The translations under genes were made by a program, and so were the position numbers. From Chiloscyllium plagiosum (lineage: Eukaryota), in the NCBI RefSeq assembly GCF_004010195.1, contig NC_057749.1, positions 16,830,901 to 16,864,321 of the forward strand: a DNA stretch of 33,421 nt. The letters run 5' to 3'. How positions within the stretch are numbered: position 1 is the first letter of the stretch; every line of letters begins with the position of its first letter. The notes under the pieces are model-generated. The model was not told the DNA's origin. It did not search any database and worked only from the letters and a program-made list of their open reading frames with translations. This document shows, one piece after another, positions 1-11,343 of this stretch.

Positions 1-104
1 AAGTTTTACAGGTTTGGGCTGAGGCTTTTAAATTGCAGTAGTAGTATCCCTGCCTCTGAACCAGGAGACCTGGGTTGAAGCCCCATTGGCTCCTTTTTGC
101 TGAG

Positions 105-301
105 GAGAAAGTGAGGTCTGCAGATGCTGGAGATCAAAGTTGAAACTTTATTGCTGGAACAGCACAGCAGGTCAGGCAGCATCCAGGGAACAGGAGATTC
201 GACGTTTCGGGCACAGGCCCTTGAAGGGCCTGTGCCCGAAACGTCGAATCTCCTGTTCCCTGGATGCTGCCTGACCTGCTGTGCTGTTCCAGCAATAAAG
301 T
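105..301. mobile_element. Palindromic non-autonomous Penelope-like element, family A
   Basis: Perfect 79-bp inverted arms 144-222 / 224-302. Exact 14-bp direct repeat tcctttttgctgag at 91-104 and 302-315. Partial hammerhead motif GAAGGGC-ctgt-GCCC-GAAACGTC-gaat. Confidence 0.8.
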
Positions 302-514
302 TCCTTTTTGCTGAGCTCAGAATGGATTGTATTAAATGTTCCCACAATGAAAGTTGCTGCAGCTGGCCCCTGGTTATTTCAGGAATCAATAATTTGGCCA
401 AATTGTTACTTTTCAACCTGTTCAACTTACTGTGACAAGAATCTTCACCTCTCCCATCAAAAGATATGGAACAGAGATTATTTACAGATTATTGTTCCTC
501 ACTGGAGAATGTCC

Positions 515-559
515 ACAGACAGAAAAGAAACAAAACATTTTTAATTTGCTGGATTTATT
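515..559 (-). terminator. Probable polyadenylation signal of ADAMTSL5 (AATAAA plus downstream GU/U-rich element)
   Basis: Minus-strand AATAAA at 554-559, followed about 15 nt later by tgttttgtttcttttctgtctgtg. AT-rich UTR-like sequence lies at about 870-1080. Confidence 0.6.
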
Positions 560-1512
560 GAATTTCTTCTTGCCGGTAATGTGACAGACATGGTGTCAAA
601 ATTGGAGAACGCTGCATTTTTGCACAGAATACACAACTCAGGTAAACAATTTGTTGATGCATTTCTCCTTGTCTCTCAGTCCATTGGTCACTCTTGCCCT
701 GCTCTCCTACCCTTCCACCCCACCACACCCTTTCCCCAGCTCCCCCTCTCCCTGACCTTCTCCCCTCTCCTCTCTTTGCCCCCTCCCCCTCTCCAATTCT
801 ATTTCTGCCCCTTGGCCCCTCCCCAGTTATTCCTCACTTGAATATCTCTGGCATTTATGCAACAACACGTTATTATTTACTGATATCAAACATGATTCTG
901 AATAAATACTTCTATATATTCTGAGCTATACATAGATATTTATATATGAATCTGTATATTTAGTCACTAATACAGTATAACTCTCTCTTTAAACAGTCAC
1001 CATTTAATATCATCATTTTGTTTTTCAAAATCACCAGATTATTTTAATAAAATTGATGAAACAGAATACAGTTCTTTTATATCCCTGAAGTGTTTTGGCA
1101 GCACCCACTCAGGAATGGATTCACTTTCTCTCTCTTTCCCTCACTCACCGTGAAATTAAGAAGTATGTTTCTGTCTAAAGTCAGGGTGCAGTTGTTGGAT
1201 GAGGGTTTAATCAGGTACTGTACAGTTGAATGTTTACATCCTATGATTTACAAACGAGTTTCCGACAGCCTCATGCCTGATTCACTTCACTGTGTGTTGT
1301 TGACATGTTCTTCCCAAGGGGTTTCGGAGTGACAGGAATCACTTGGAATCCCTTGGAGTGATTTACCAATCACTGCAGCATCTCCCGTAACGGAGACGCC
1401 ATCTCAAAGCGCTGGATTGAAGTGTACTCACTGTTACAATGCAGAAAACACAAGAGCCAATTTACACTTTGCAAGCTCCCATACTCCTCAGACAAGGTAA
1501 TTAGTTTTAGAT

Positions 1513-1714
1513 GCAACTTACTGCAGATGCTGAAATCTGTACTGAAAACAACAAAGCACTGGAAATCACAGTGGGTCAGGTAGCATCCATGGAGAGACAG
1601 TGAACTAATGTTTCCAGTCTAGATGTGTCTTCATCAGAGCTTGAAATGTTAGCTCACTGTCTCTCAGGATGCTGCCTGACCCACTGTGATCTCCAGCACT
1701 TTTTGTTTCCAGTC
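1513..1714. mobile_element. Palindromic Penelope-like element, family D (degenerate)
   Basis: Imperfect inverted arms. Exact 10-bp TSD agttttagat at 1503-1512 and 1715-1724. Minus strand reads gct-CTGATGA-a...GAAACATT-ag. Confidence 0.7.
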
Positions 1715-2352
1715 AGTTTTAGATCAGGAAGATCTCCACTATCCTTTGAAATGGTGACATGGAATTGTTTTACTTTCATTTGAGAGGGCAGAAGGGGGTT
1801 TCTATTTAACATCTTGTTGGAAAGACAACATCTCCAACAGTGCATTGCTCCTGTTCCAGCCTCTGGAAAGGATTCGGGGGTGAGTGGGTGAGTATATTAC
1901 CCACAGAAAACGACTGATTGTGGTGTTAGCCCTGATGACAGTATTAGATTAAAATACAAAGAGAAAGAAAGTGAGAGAGGGTCCAAGTGGAGAGCATTCT
2001 CTTATCAAGCCTGATCCTGAAGGTAGATCCCTTTGATATGGAAGGCGACCGTATTGTGTAAACCCATACGGGTAGGTTTGTGTTAGTAAAGAGCTGAGCA
2101 AGTGGTGCTAATACGTCATTGAATGTGGGCTCCAATTCTCAGGCTTTGTTCTGAAGCTCAAATATCTCGGATTCTCTCTGACTGAAGCCTTTCTGGTAAT
2201 GTCAGTAATTTAACACCCAACCCAAGCTGGATCACAACCCAATCAGCAATCTCACCGATCAATATCAGTGATTACAAAATGATCAAAGTGTGCTAATGCA
2301 GTGATTGACCCAGTGACCACTCACAATGATTACAGTGATCACTCTCAATGAT

Positions 2353-2552
2353 GTTAAAAATCACACAACACCAGGTTACAGTCCAACAGGTTTATTTGGA
2401 AGCACTAGCTTTCAGAGCACTGCTCCTTCATCGGGTGGTAAGCAGCGCTCCAAAAGGTAGTGCTTCCAAATAAACCTGTTGGACTGTAATGTGGAGTCGT
2501 GTGATTTTTAACTTTGTCCACCCCAGTCCAATACCAGCACCTCCAAACCATG
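2353..2552. mobile_element. Palindromic Penelope-like element, family B
   Basis: Inverted arms about 2353-2424 / 2440-2511. Exact 12-bp flanking repeat actctcaatgat at 2341-2352 and 2553-2564. Minus strand reads cac-CcGATGA-a-ggagc-agt-gctct-GAAAGCTA-gtg. Confidence 0.75.
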
Positions 2553-2772
2553 ACTCTCAATGATCATAGTGATCAAGAAATGATTAACTGCAGTGACCAA
2601 TCCCAGTGATTAATTGCAGTGATCAATACAGTGACCAATCCCAGTGATCAATTGTAACCCAATTTGTTGAGCATGCCCTGAACTGCTTCATTAGAGACTC
2701 TCCCCGATGATGTTCCCTCATATGGTGACGAAACATCTGAAAACAAACCTTCAAGCCCAGTGAGCTAACATC

Positions 2773-3083
2773 CGGTGGCACAGTGGTTAGCACTGCTGCC
2801 TCACAGCGCCAGAGACCTTGGTTCAATTCCCAACTCAGGCGACTGACTGTGTGGAGTTTGCACGTTCTCACCATGTCTGCGTGGGTTTCCTCCGGGTGCT
2901 AACAGTCCAAAGATGTGCAGGTCAGGTGAATTGGCCATGCTAAATTGCCCGTAGTGTTAGGTAAGGGGTAAATGTAGGGGTATGGGTGGGTTGCGCTTCA
3001 GCGGGGCGGTGTGGTCTTGTTGGGCCGAAGGGCCTGTTTCCACACTGTAAGTAATCTAAAATAATCTAATCTAATCTAATCTA
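2773..3083 (+). mobile_element. tRNA-derived SINE, HE1/V-SINE type
   Basis: A-box-like ggtggcacagtggttagc, B-box-like ggttcaattcc, V-domain-like core tgtgtggagtttgcac...gggtttcctccggg, CR1-like tail gggccgaagggcctgtttccacactgta, and (aatct)n end. Confidence 0.85.
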
Positions 3084-3430
3084 TACACTGAGCTGTTGTG
3101 TATTAAAATGGCCAACTTTCTTCTCTCTAAATTCCCTGTAGAGTCAAAAATACAACTGAGCTCATGACACAACTTGGAGCGTGTCTGAGTCACCCAGAGA
3201 TTGAGTTTTAGACACCATATGGAGCATACAGAGCCACAGGAAGCCATGGATCAGAGTGGCTCACGGGATCCCTGCTGTATGCAGCAAACTGTGAGAGTGT
3301 GCAATGTCTGAGGGGGGAGCTGTTTGCTGTAAAGTGTCAGAACCCCCACTGCGTTCCTCACGTCACTCACACTTGGTCCACACACAGTGACTGGAGCAGC
3401 CACCGAGCCCACCAAGGCTGGGCTTGATAC

Positions 3431-3765
3431 TTATCTGAGTGTGTTACCCGTGAGCTGGTATCCTCGCTTCTCACACTCCTCATCCAGGCCCCTCATGAGT
3501 CTGTCCTCCTGAGGTCTGTACCTTCGGACAAAGCTGTCTTTCTGCAGCAGGACCCGGTTCAGTGTCCGCTCATAGTTCACATGTCGGTGTGCCATCACCA
3601 CATACTGCTTCATCTCGACCAATCGGGGACAGTCGCAGGTATTCGGCACCCACAGATACTCCCGCCTTAAGACAGCAAAGCCTTTCTTGTACGCCTTCAC
3701 CACCTCAACGTCATAACATGTCTCCAGACCAACAATTCTTTTATTAATAACCTTCACATGTAAAA
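3431..3765 (-). CDS. ADAMTSL5: ADAMTSL5 last coding exon, NTR (netrin-like C345C) domain
   Basis: Acceptor ttccttccag|TT (phase 1). Translates (V)LHVKVINKRIVGLETCYDVEVVKAYKKGFAVLRREYLWVPNTCDCPRL...LDEECEKRGYQLTGNTLR, then TAA at 3431-3433. Contains the NTR CxCP motif. Confidence 0.95.
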
Positions 3766-3834
3766 CTGGAAGGAAAGAGGAGAGGGAAGATTCAGCAACA
3801 TTTCTCCAGCCACTTTGTTGTGAACCTGTCCAAT

Positions 3835-4497
3835 TTTTAGTGTTCATTTGTGGGATATGGGTGTTGCTGGCTGGGCCCAGGATTTATTGCCCGTCCCTAG
3901 TTGCCCTTTGAGAAGGTGGGGGTGAGCTGCCTTCTTGAACCGTTCAGTCCATACACTGAGGGTTGACTCACAATGTCCTTAGGATCGAACTTCCAGGATT
4001 TTGACCCAGCGACAGTGATGGATGGTGAGTGGTTTGGAGGGGAACATGCAGGAAGTGCTGTTCCCATTTATCTGCTGCCCTTGTCCTTCTAGATGGAAGG
4101 GGGCGTGCATTTGGAAGGTGGTGTCTGAGGATCTTTGATGAGTTTCTGCAGTGCATCTTGTAGATAGTACACACTGCTGCTACTGAGCGTCGGTTGTGCT
4201 GGGAGTGGGTGTTTGTAGATGTGGTGCCATTCAAACGGGATGGCTTTGTCCTGGATGGTGTTGAGCTTCTTGAGTGTTGTTGGAGCTGCCCCCATCCAGG
4301 CAAGTGGGGAGTATTCCATCCCACTCCTGAGTTGTGCCTTGGAGATGGTGGACAGGCTTTGGGACGTCAGGAGATGAGTTAATCACTGCCTCTGTCCTGC
4401 TTTTGTAGCCTCTGTGTTTATGTGGTGAGTCCGTTTGAGCTTCTGGTCAATGGTAACCCTCAGCGTGTTGATAGTGGGGGATTCAGTGATGGTAACT
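3835..4497 (-). mobile_element. Degenerate LINE 3' fragment (L2/CR1 group)
   Basis: Frameshifted ORF2 C-terminal remnant MEYSPLAWMGAAPTTLKKLNTIQDKA. Its 3' tail gggcaataaat...ccagc...cccatatcccacaaatgaa recurs at about 7970 and 27480. Confidence 0.75.
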
Positions 4498-4567
4498 CTT
4501 ATCTTTTGGCTTTCTTTCATTTCTGCTGAATTTTTGTAACTAAGATGGCACTGGAGAATAGTGATTT

Positions 4568-4915
4568 TATACCCTGTCCTCCTGTACCCTGTCCTCCTAT
4601 ACCCCCTTCTCCTGTCCTCCTGTACCCTGTATTCCTGCCCTCCTGTAAACTGTACTGTCCTGTCCTCCTGTACCCTGTCCTCCTGTACCCTGTATTCCTG
4701 CCCTCCTGTAAACTGTACTGCTGTATTCCTGTCCTCCTATACCCTTTACTCCTGTACCCTGTCCTTCTGTACCCTGTCCTCCTATACCCTGTACCCTGTC
4801 CTCCTGTACTCTGTCCTCCTGTACCCTGTCCTCCTGTACCCTGTCCTCCTGTACTCTGTCCTCCTGTACCCTGTCCTCCTGTACCCTGTACTCCTGTACC
4901 CTGTACTCCTGTATT
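4568..4915. repeat. 15-bp minisatellite (cctgtaccctgtcct)n
   Basis: Directly visible tandem units; source of the VLLYP and QEDRV pseudo-ORFs. Confidence 0.9.
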
Positions 4916-5127
4916 CCAATACTATGTGACAATAACATCTAATTCCAGTTCTAACCTATACATACTGTTCTGAAGAGTGAGGTCATGAGAAAATCTTTGG
5001 GAAAACCAGCCACTGAATTCCGAGCTCTACCTCCAAGCCCAGTGGAAGGCCTGGTCACTGGGCACAATCAGGACAACGCTGGGCCCAAGTTTGAATGAAG
5101 GGAATGAGGATCAGAGAAAGGACTCAC

Positions 5128-5199
5128 CAAAGTCTCTCTCGCAGTACTGCCTGACGCGGTTTGATCTTCCACGAACCCTTTGGCACTTGCCGCAGTTGC
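5128..5199 (-). CDS. ADAMTSL5: ADAMTSL5 exon, start of NTR domain
   Basis: 72 bp, gtcctgtag|GC...TTTG|gtgagt, phase 1-1. Translates (G)NCGKCQRVRGRSNRVRQYCERDF(V) and joins in frame to the last exon (YCxxDFV NTR motif). Confidence 0.95.
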
Positions 5200-5617
5200 C
5201 TACAGGACACCAAGAGAGAAAGAGAAACCCACAATCAGGTTTAGGAACTGGATGGAGAGACTGGTCACCCCCACTGTAACAGGGACTCACCAGCATTTAT
5301 ATAGATCCTAACTCAACACCAGGAAGGCCATACTGTTTCACTGCCATTGAAGTACTTCTGAAGAGTGGACCCCGTTGCAAGAAATGCAGCAGAGCATTTG
5401 TGCATAGCAAGATTCCACAAAGAGCAAACTGATGGTGACCAGACAGTCCTCTTACAGCGAGGTGCATTCAGTCAGAATGCTGCATTGCCACGTGGGCCTT
5501 CGGTTTGGAATCAGCTCTGAAATCAAACTCCTACCAGATCTCTCAGGAGGTGATCAAAGATTCGGTGACATTGCCCAAAGAACAGGGTCCAGGGGCTCAT
5601 ATTTAATCTATGACAGA

Positions 5618-5868
5618 CTTTTGTGGTGCAGTGGTAATGTCCCTGGCTCTGAGCCAGGAGATCATGGTTCAAATCCCACCAGCTCCAGAGGTGTGCAATA
5701 AAGATCTCTGAACAGACTGATCAGGGAGTATCTCCCCGGGTCTTTATCCCATCCTTGTTTATAGGCCATACTTCCTAACCAACCCGTTCAGGCATACCTC
5801 TGGAGCAGCTGGGACATGAACCCAGAGCTCCTAGTTCAGAGATAGGGATACTACCACTGCACCAAAGA
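5618..5868. mobile_element. Two short tRNA-head SINE copies in inverted orientation
   Basis: 5618-5720 (+) tggtgcagtggtaatgtccct...ggttcaaatccc..ctccagagg, with a reverse-complement homologue at 5793-5868 (-). Related copies lie at about 34-90 and 18471-18545. Confidence 0.65.
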
Positions 5869-5909
5869 TAGGGACACTGCCACTATGTCACGAGTGCCCT
5901 TTATGGGCC

Positions 5910-6060
5910 CTGCTCGTGGGAGCTTGCTGTGCACACATTGGCTGCCTCATTTCCTACACGACAGCAATGAACTTCGATTTGATAGCTTGGCTCTAAGGCT
6001 TCTGGCACCCCCTGAGGTTAAGAAAGCTGCTACAGAAATGCAATTCTTTTGTTTCTTTTG
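5910..6060 (+). mobile_element. DeuSINE-type (SacSINE1/AmnSINE-like) 3' fragment
   Basis: gtgggagcttgctgtgcacacattggctgcc...tttcctaca...ctgagg..aaag..gcta.agaaatgcaa. Homologous pieces occur at about 10130-10250 (+), 11470-11625 (-), 21525-21660 (-) and 23800-24131 (+). Family assignment is from recalled consensus. Confidence 0.6.
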
Positions 6061-6355
6061 GTTCTGGAATTGTGTTACCAATGGAGACAAAGATTGCAGC
6101 CACCATTTTTAGCAGCAAATGTTTACATTGTTGAGTTGCCATGGACCCTGAAGTTGACATTGGCACCAGCTCAGTGAAGCGTTAAAATATCTCACACTGT
6201 GCCAATGCCCAGGGCACTCATTCCCCCGTGCACAGCTGCCTCCATCTGTTACTCATTCGAAAACAATGGGAAAGAGCTGCCTACGGCTGGTCAGCAGCAG
6301 AGGGAGTGATTGAGATAATTCACAATTCTCTATGTGAAGGATGTAATCAGCAGAC

Positions 6356-7054
6356 CATAGAGTCAATGAGTCATCCCGCACGGAAACCCTTCGGTTCAAC
6401 CAGTCCATGCCGACCAGAATCCCAAACTAAACTAGTCCCACCTGCCTGCTCCTGGCCCATATCCTGCCAAACATTTTTTTTATTCATGTACTTATCCAAA
6501 TGTCTTTTAAACGTTGTAACTGTGTCCACACCCGCCACTTTCTCAGGAAGTTCCTGAACTTCCTACACGCGAACCACCCTCTGTGTAAAAAAGATTGTCC
6601 CCAAGTCTTTTTTAATTCTCTCTCCTCTCACCTTAAAAATGTGCCCCCTAATCTTGAAATCCCCCATCCTAGGGAAAAGGCAACTACCATTAACCCTATT
6701 TATACCCCTCGTGATTTTATAAACATCTATAAGGTCACTTTGCAACCTCCTACACTCCGGTGAAAAAAGTCCCAGCCTATCCAGCCTTTCTTTATAACTC
6801 AAACCTTCTGTACCTGGCAATATCCTGGTAAATCTCTTCCAAATCCTCTCCAGTTTAATAATCTCCTTCCTATAATTGGGCGACCGGAATTGGATACAAT
6901 ACTCCAGAAGAGGTCTCACCCACTGTCCTGTATAACCTCAACATGACGTCCTGACTCCTATACTCAAAGATCTGAGCAACAAAGGCCAGGGTGCTAAACA
7001 CCTTCTTAACCCACCGCTCCCCCATCTACCCATGACGTAAACTTCAAAGTGTTA
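6356..7054 (-). mobile_element. CR1 (HER1-like) LINE 3' fragment
   Basis: ORF 6563-6919 RPLLEYCIQFRSPNYRKEIIKLERIWKRFTRILPGTEGLSYKERLDRLGLFS...RGHIFKV...FFTQRVV is the typical CR1 ORF2 C-terminus. A 3' UTR and gactctatg-type tail follow at about 6356. Confidence 0.9.
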
Positions 7055-7549
7055 TGAGACAACAACAAAGGAACATATTTCTGGAACACAGTCTCTGCTG
7101 CTCACCTACAGCCTCTCTTTCCAGCCCTTGACAGTCCTGCCTTCGGCTGGAGCCTAGTTTCTCCACATTATCCTGATCGAAGCTCTCTTGATCCTTTTAC
7201 CTTCCTGTCCTCCATGTGACCTACATGAGAGGATTGACTGTGCACTCTCTCCTCTTAACCAGCAGCAAGGGCTGAAGCAGCTTTCCAAACCTGACCAAGG
7301 TGTTAACGTTCTGAAAGGGTTTGATAGGGGAGGAGGTGGAGAGAAATTCTTGCCAGTTCTGGGGCAGATCAGATACTGTCAGTGTCAGTCACCATTGCCA
7401 TTCTTGTGTGTACGCCCCGAGCTGGGAAAGGCACAGAGAAGCTGAAACAGTGCCACGGGTATTTACATCCTTTTGCCCATAAATAGCCCCTCAATAGTCA
7501 CCACAGACTGCTGTTTCTCACCTTGCATTACATATAAGATAGGACCAGG

Positions 7550-7805
7550 CCTCAGGAGAGGTGTTAGGAAGCACTTCTACACACAGAGAGGGGAGATGTT
7601 TGGAACTCTCTGCAGTAAATGGTAATGGATACTGGATCAGTGGCTAACTTTAAGTCTAAGATAGATAAGGTTTTAATAAGCGAAGGTATTAAGGGTTATG
7701 GGCAGAAGGCAGGTTTATTGAGATAGGTGAAGGATCAGTTAGGATCTCATTGAATGATGGAACAGGCTCGAGGGGCTGAATGGCCTCCTCCTGTTCCTAT
7801 GTTCT
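7550..7805 (+). mobile_element. CR1 LINE 3' end
   Basis: aggaagcacttctacacacagag...tggaactctct...gatctcattgaatgatggaacaggctcgaggggctgaatggcctcctcctgttcctatgttc. Confidence 0.75.
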
Positions 7806-7964
7806 GCCGAAAGCCAGTGGTTCCAAATAAACCTGGTGTGTGATCTTTTTCACTTTGAAAATAGGTCAAACCTGTGACAGGGAATCAAGCAGGAGGAAGT
7901 GCTGCTTTGATGAGAGGGGGAGGGTTGGAAGGGAGCATAAACCCCAGTTGAATTGAGGGTCTGC

Positions 7965-8250
7965 TTTTTTTAATGGGATGTGGGTGTCACTAGCTGGGGC
8001 ATTTGCTGCCCGTTCCTAACAGCCCTGGCAAAAATGGATGCAGGTACTGTGAGGAACAGATGCCCAGAAGTTTGACCCAGCGATACTGAAGGAATGGCGA
8101 TATATTTCTAATTCAGTTTGGTGAGTGTCTTGGAGGGGAACTTGCAGAGGGGTGGTGTTCCCCTGTTTCTGCTACTCTTGTCCTTCTAGATGGAAGTGGT
8201 CATAAGTTTGGAAAGCTGTGTTGGAGGAGCCGTGCTGAGTTGCTGCAGTA
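7965..8250 (-). mobile_element. LINE 3' fragment, same family as 3835-4497
   Basis: Shares tttgacccagcga, ttggaggggaac.tgcag and ttgtccttctagatggaag with 3990-4100. Confidence 0.7.
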
Positions 8251-8924
8251 GATTCGCTGTAGATATCATGGAGGTCTGTCAAAAGGCCTCATGTGTGGCT
8301 GGGTGCTATTATGATCAAAGTTAATCTCACTTCACTCGTTATTAGCAGGGATTTGAACTGAGATTGGGGAGGTTTATGTCCCCCAGACCCCAACCTTCCA
8401 TGGGACCCTTCCATGTTCTGAACTTTTCCTGCTGATTTTTCTCATTAACAGATACTTTTGAAGCAAGATTTATGCATTTGTCAAAAACAGTGACTTCGTG
8501 GGAATTAATAACTATCACCAATAAACCTGTGATTTGATTGGTTTATCAGTCTGGAATCAGCCACTGAACATTTGCCAAATCTCTTCCTCAGTTTGACAGC
8601 ATAAACAACATGAATCTGAAAAGACAAAGATTTTGAAACATTCTTTCAGACGTGAACACTTTACCTTATTAGGAGATGATATGATGGTACACATCATATG
8701 GTTAATCACATTCGCTCTCATCTCATGTCTTTAGCTCGTTGCTGCCTTCAGTGTCATCAAGGCCAGGTTCGTCACAATCCAAACATTAAATCCCAATCCC
8801 TCTTACCCCAGCACCTTATACTCATTGAAAGTCAAGGGCAGGCTCCTTCACTGGATGCTCCCAGTGGAAAAGAATGTTTAGCAAAAGGTCAAAAAGAATC
8901 CAGAGCCACAAATGCTAGAGTCAC

Positions 8925-9310
8925 AAGACATCAGAAATAGGAGCAGGCGTAGGCCATTCAGCCCCTCAAGCTTGCTTCGCCATTCAGTGGGATCATGGCT
9001 GATCCAACATTCCTCAGTTCCACTTTATGCCCTTTCCCCATAACCCTCATGAATCTCTCTATCCCAGCAGTAAATATACACAAGGACTCTACTTCCTCGG
9101 CTCTCTCTGTGGCACAGAGTTCCAAAGATTCACAATCCTCTCAGAAAAAAAATCCCTGCTTATCTTAGCGTTTCATTAATGTCCCTTTATTCAGAGACTG
9201 TACCCTCTGGCCCTAGACTCTCCCCTGAGGGGAAACATCCTCTCAGCATTGACCCTGTCAAGCTCCTTCAGAATCTGATATGTTTTACTGAGATCACGTC
9301 TCAGTCTCCC
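8925..9310 (-). mobile_element. CR1 LINE 3' fragment
   Basis: agaaataggagcaggcgtaggccattcagcccctcaag...gagttccaaagattcacaatcctctc...ggggaaacatcctctc, the reverse complement of a CR1 3' end. Confidence 0.75.
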
Positions 9311-9354
9311 AAACTTCAGAAACTCCGGGAAACTGCCCAGGACTTAACCCCAGA

Positions 9355-9582
9355 ATAAAAGCCAAATACAGCGGATGCTGGACATCTGAAACAGAAACAG
9401 AGGAAGTGTTGGAGAATCTCAGCGGGTCTGGCAGCATCTGTGGACAGACAGAGTGTTAATATTTTGAGTCTGGTGGAGTTCTGAACTAGTGTGACCAGAC
9501 TGGGAACGCTAACTCTTGTTTCTTTCACTACAGATGCTGCCAGACCTGCTGAGTTTCTCCAGCACTCTCTCTGTGTTTGTTT
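9355..9582. mobile_element. Palindromic Penelope-like element, family C (degenerate)
   Basis: Inverted arms (tggagaatctcagcgggtctggcagcatctgt / acagatgctgccagacctgctgagtttctcca). The centre reads gagtt-CTGAAc...GgAACGCT-aactc. No clear TSD. Confidence 0.65.
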
Positions 9583-9841
9583 CATGGTTTGTTCCTGACC
9601 AGTTGCGAAATGTAAATTATAAACAAATGGTGAATCATTACTGGTATACAATTGAAGGGTGGGGCATCGCAGGAACCTGAGTGTAATATATAATAATCGG
9701 CATTAGTGCGGATGAGATGTTCAATTGGAGTCCTTTGTCTTTCCCCCTCAGGATTCATGCCAGTAAAACAAAGAAGGGTGAGGTGGGAGGCGGGGGAGCC
9801 TGGTCAATCTCTAAAAGACATTATGGCAGATTATGACACCA

Positions 9842-10132
9842 GGTGGCATGGAGGCTCAGTGGTAAGCACTGCTGCCTCACAGCGCCAGGGACCTGGGTTT
9901 GATTCCAGCCTCTCTCTGTGTGGAGTTTGCACATTCTCCCCGGGTCTGCCTGAGTTTCCTCTGGGTGCCCCAGTTTCTACCCAGAGTCCAAAAGTATGCA
10001 GGTTAGGTGGATTGGCTGTGGGAATGCAAGGTGAGGGGGGTAAGGTAGGGTCTGGGTAGGACGCCCTTCAGAGAGTTGGTGCAGACTCGATGGACCAAAT
10101 GGCTTACTTCTGCATGTAGGGATGTTATGATT
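9842..10132 (+). mobile_element. HE1/V-SINE type SINE (diverged)
   Basis: Colinear with 2773-3083: ggctcagtggtaagcactgctgcctcacagcgccaggg...tgtgtggagtttgcacattctcccc. Confidence 0.8.
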
Positions 10133-10644
10133 AACTGGGCATTATTGCCTCCAGGACAACAGTGACTAAACTTGCAAAAGTACTTTATTGACTGTGAGAC
10201 TTCGCTTTGGGACATCACCACGTCTATATAAATGTATCTTCCTTTCTGTTAAGAATTAGAGATGTCACTTAGATACTTGGGAGCAGTCTGCTCTTCATAT
10301 CAAGCAGACACTGCCTTATGATCACTAACTATAAATGGAGCTGACATGTTTAATCTTCTTTAACCAGCTTCCTGTGCCTACTGGTCTGTATCCTCTCCTG
10401 CGGCTTTCCTATAAAAAGGTCAACACTGTGTAAGTTTATAGATTTTAAAGAACCAGATTTTAAAGGATTAAAGTACATTCAGAATCCAGCGGTGGGGGGC
10501 CTGATCTCCAGCTCCCAGCTGCTCATGTAGAGAGTCTGTGTCAGCGATTGGAATGGCTTCCTGTCCCAGAGCACCTTGGAATAATCAGGACTTAGAGTTC
10601 AGGAGCCTGGCTCAGCTTCCTCTTAGTGACAGCTTCCACCAGCA

Positions 10645-10947
10645 TGTGTGTGTGTATGTGTGTGTGTGTGTATGGGTTTGTGTGTGTGTCTCTTTGCGTG
10701 TGTGTGTTTGTGTGTGTTTGCGTGAGTGTGTGTGTGTGCGTGTGTCTGTGTGTGTGTGCGCATGGGTTTGTGTGTGTGTGTGTATTTGTGTGTGTGTGTC
10801 TGTGTGTGTTTGCGTGAGTGTGTGTGTGCGTGTGTCAGTGTGTGTGTGCGCATGGGTTTGTGTGTGTGTGTGTATTTGTGTGTGTGTGTCTGTGTGTGTT
10901 TGCGTGAGTGTGTGTGTGCTTGTGTCTGTGTGTTTGTGTGTGTGTGG
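10645..10947. repeat. Compound (GT)n microsatellite with internal duplication
   Basis: GT runs with repeated interruptions catgggtttg, tgtatttg and ttgcgtgag. Confidence 0.9.
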
Positions 10948-11343
10948 TTAAACATATCATCATTGCTTTTCATTTCTATTCCTTCAGACATTAACCCTAG
11001 TTGCTTTGATTCATTTTTGTGGTTTGGTTAGTCTGTATTGCTGTTAATTGTTTATGAATCTGTTCCCCATGCCCCTTCTGATTGTCAGACACATACACAT
11101 ATATATTCTCCCCACATGGACACACACACACTAACAGACACATGTGTGCTTCCTCGCGCACAAACATAAACACATGCAAATCTGCACTCAATGTACAGAC
11201 ACACTGTAAATGTCCATGAATTACACAGAATCTCCTTCCCTGCCAGTAAAAATCACCATCTCACATGTATCCACATTGCAATCCATTTGATAATCGCACT
11301 CAACTTTAATTTTAACCTGCAATGTGCCAGGAGATGCACTGAC

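Noticed and set aside
105..301. MITE / DNA transposon interpretation of the palindromes
   Set aside because: Arms are of unequal length and variably truncated, single-arm copies exist, and TSDs vary from 10 to 15 bp. This is unlike fixed TIR/TSD DNA transposons, although they may be catalogued that way.
2773..2850. tRNA gene (also 9842, 22684, 5618)
   Set aside because: The A/B-box heads continue into SINE bodies and tails; no complete cloverleaf.
6563..6919. Host protein-coding gene
   Set aside because: It is the C-terminus of CR1 LINE ORF2 in a 5'-truncated copy.
10538..11031. VC- and HT-rich ORFs (also 15478-15924, 17368-18077, 4545-4973)
   Set aside because: They are microsatellite or minisatellite translations.
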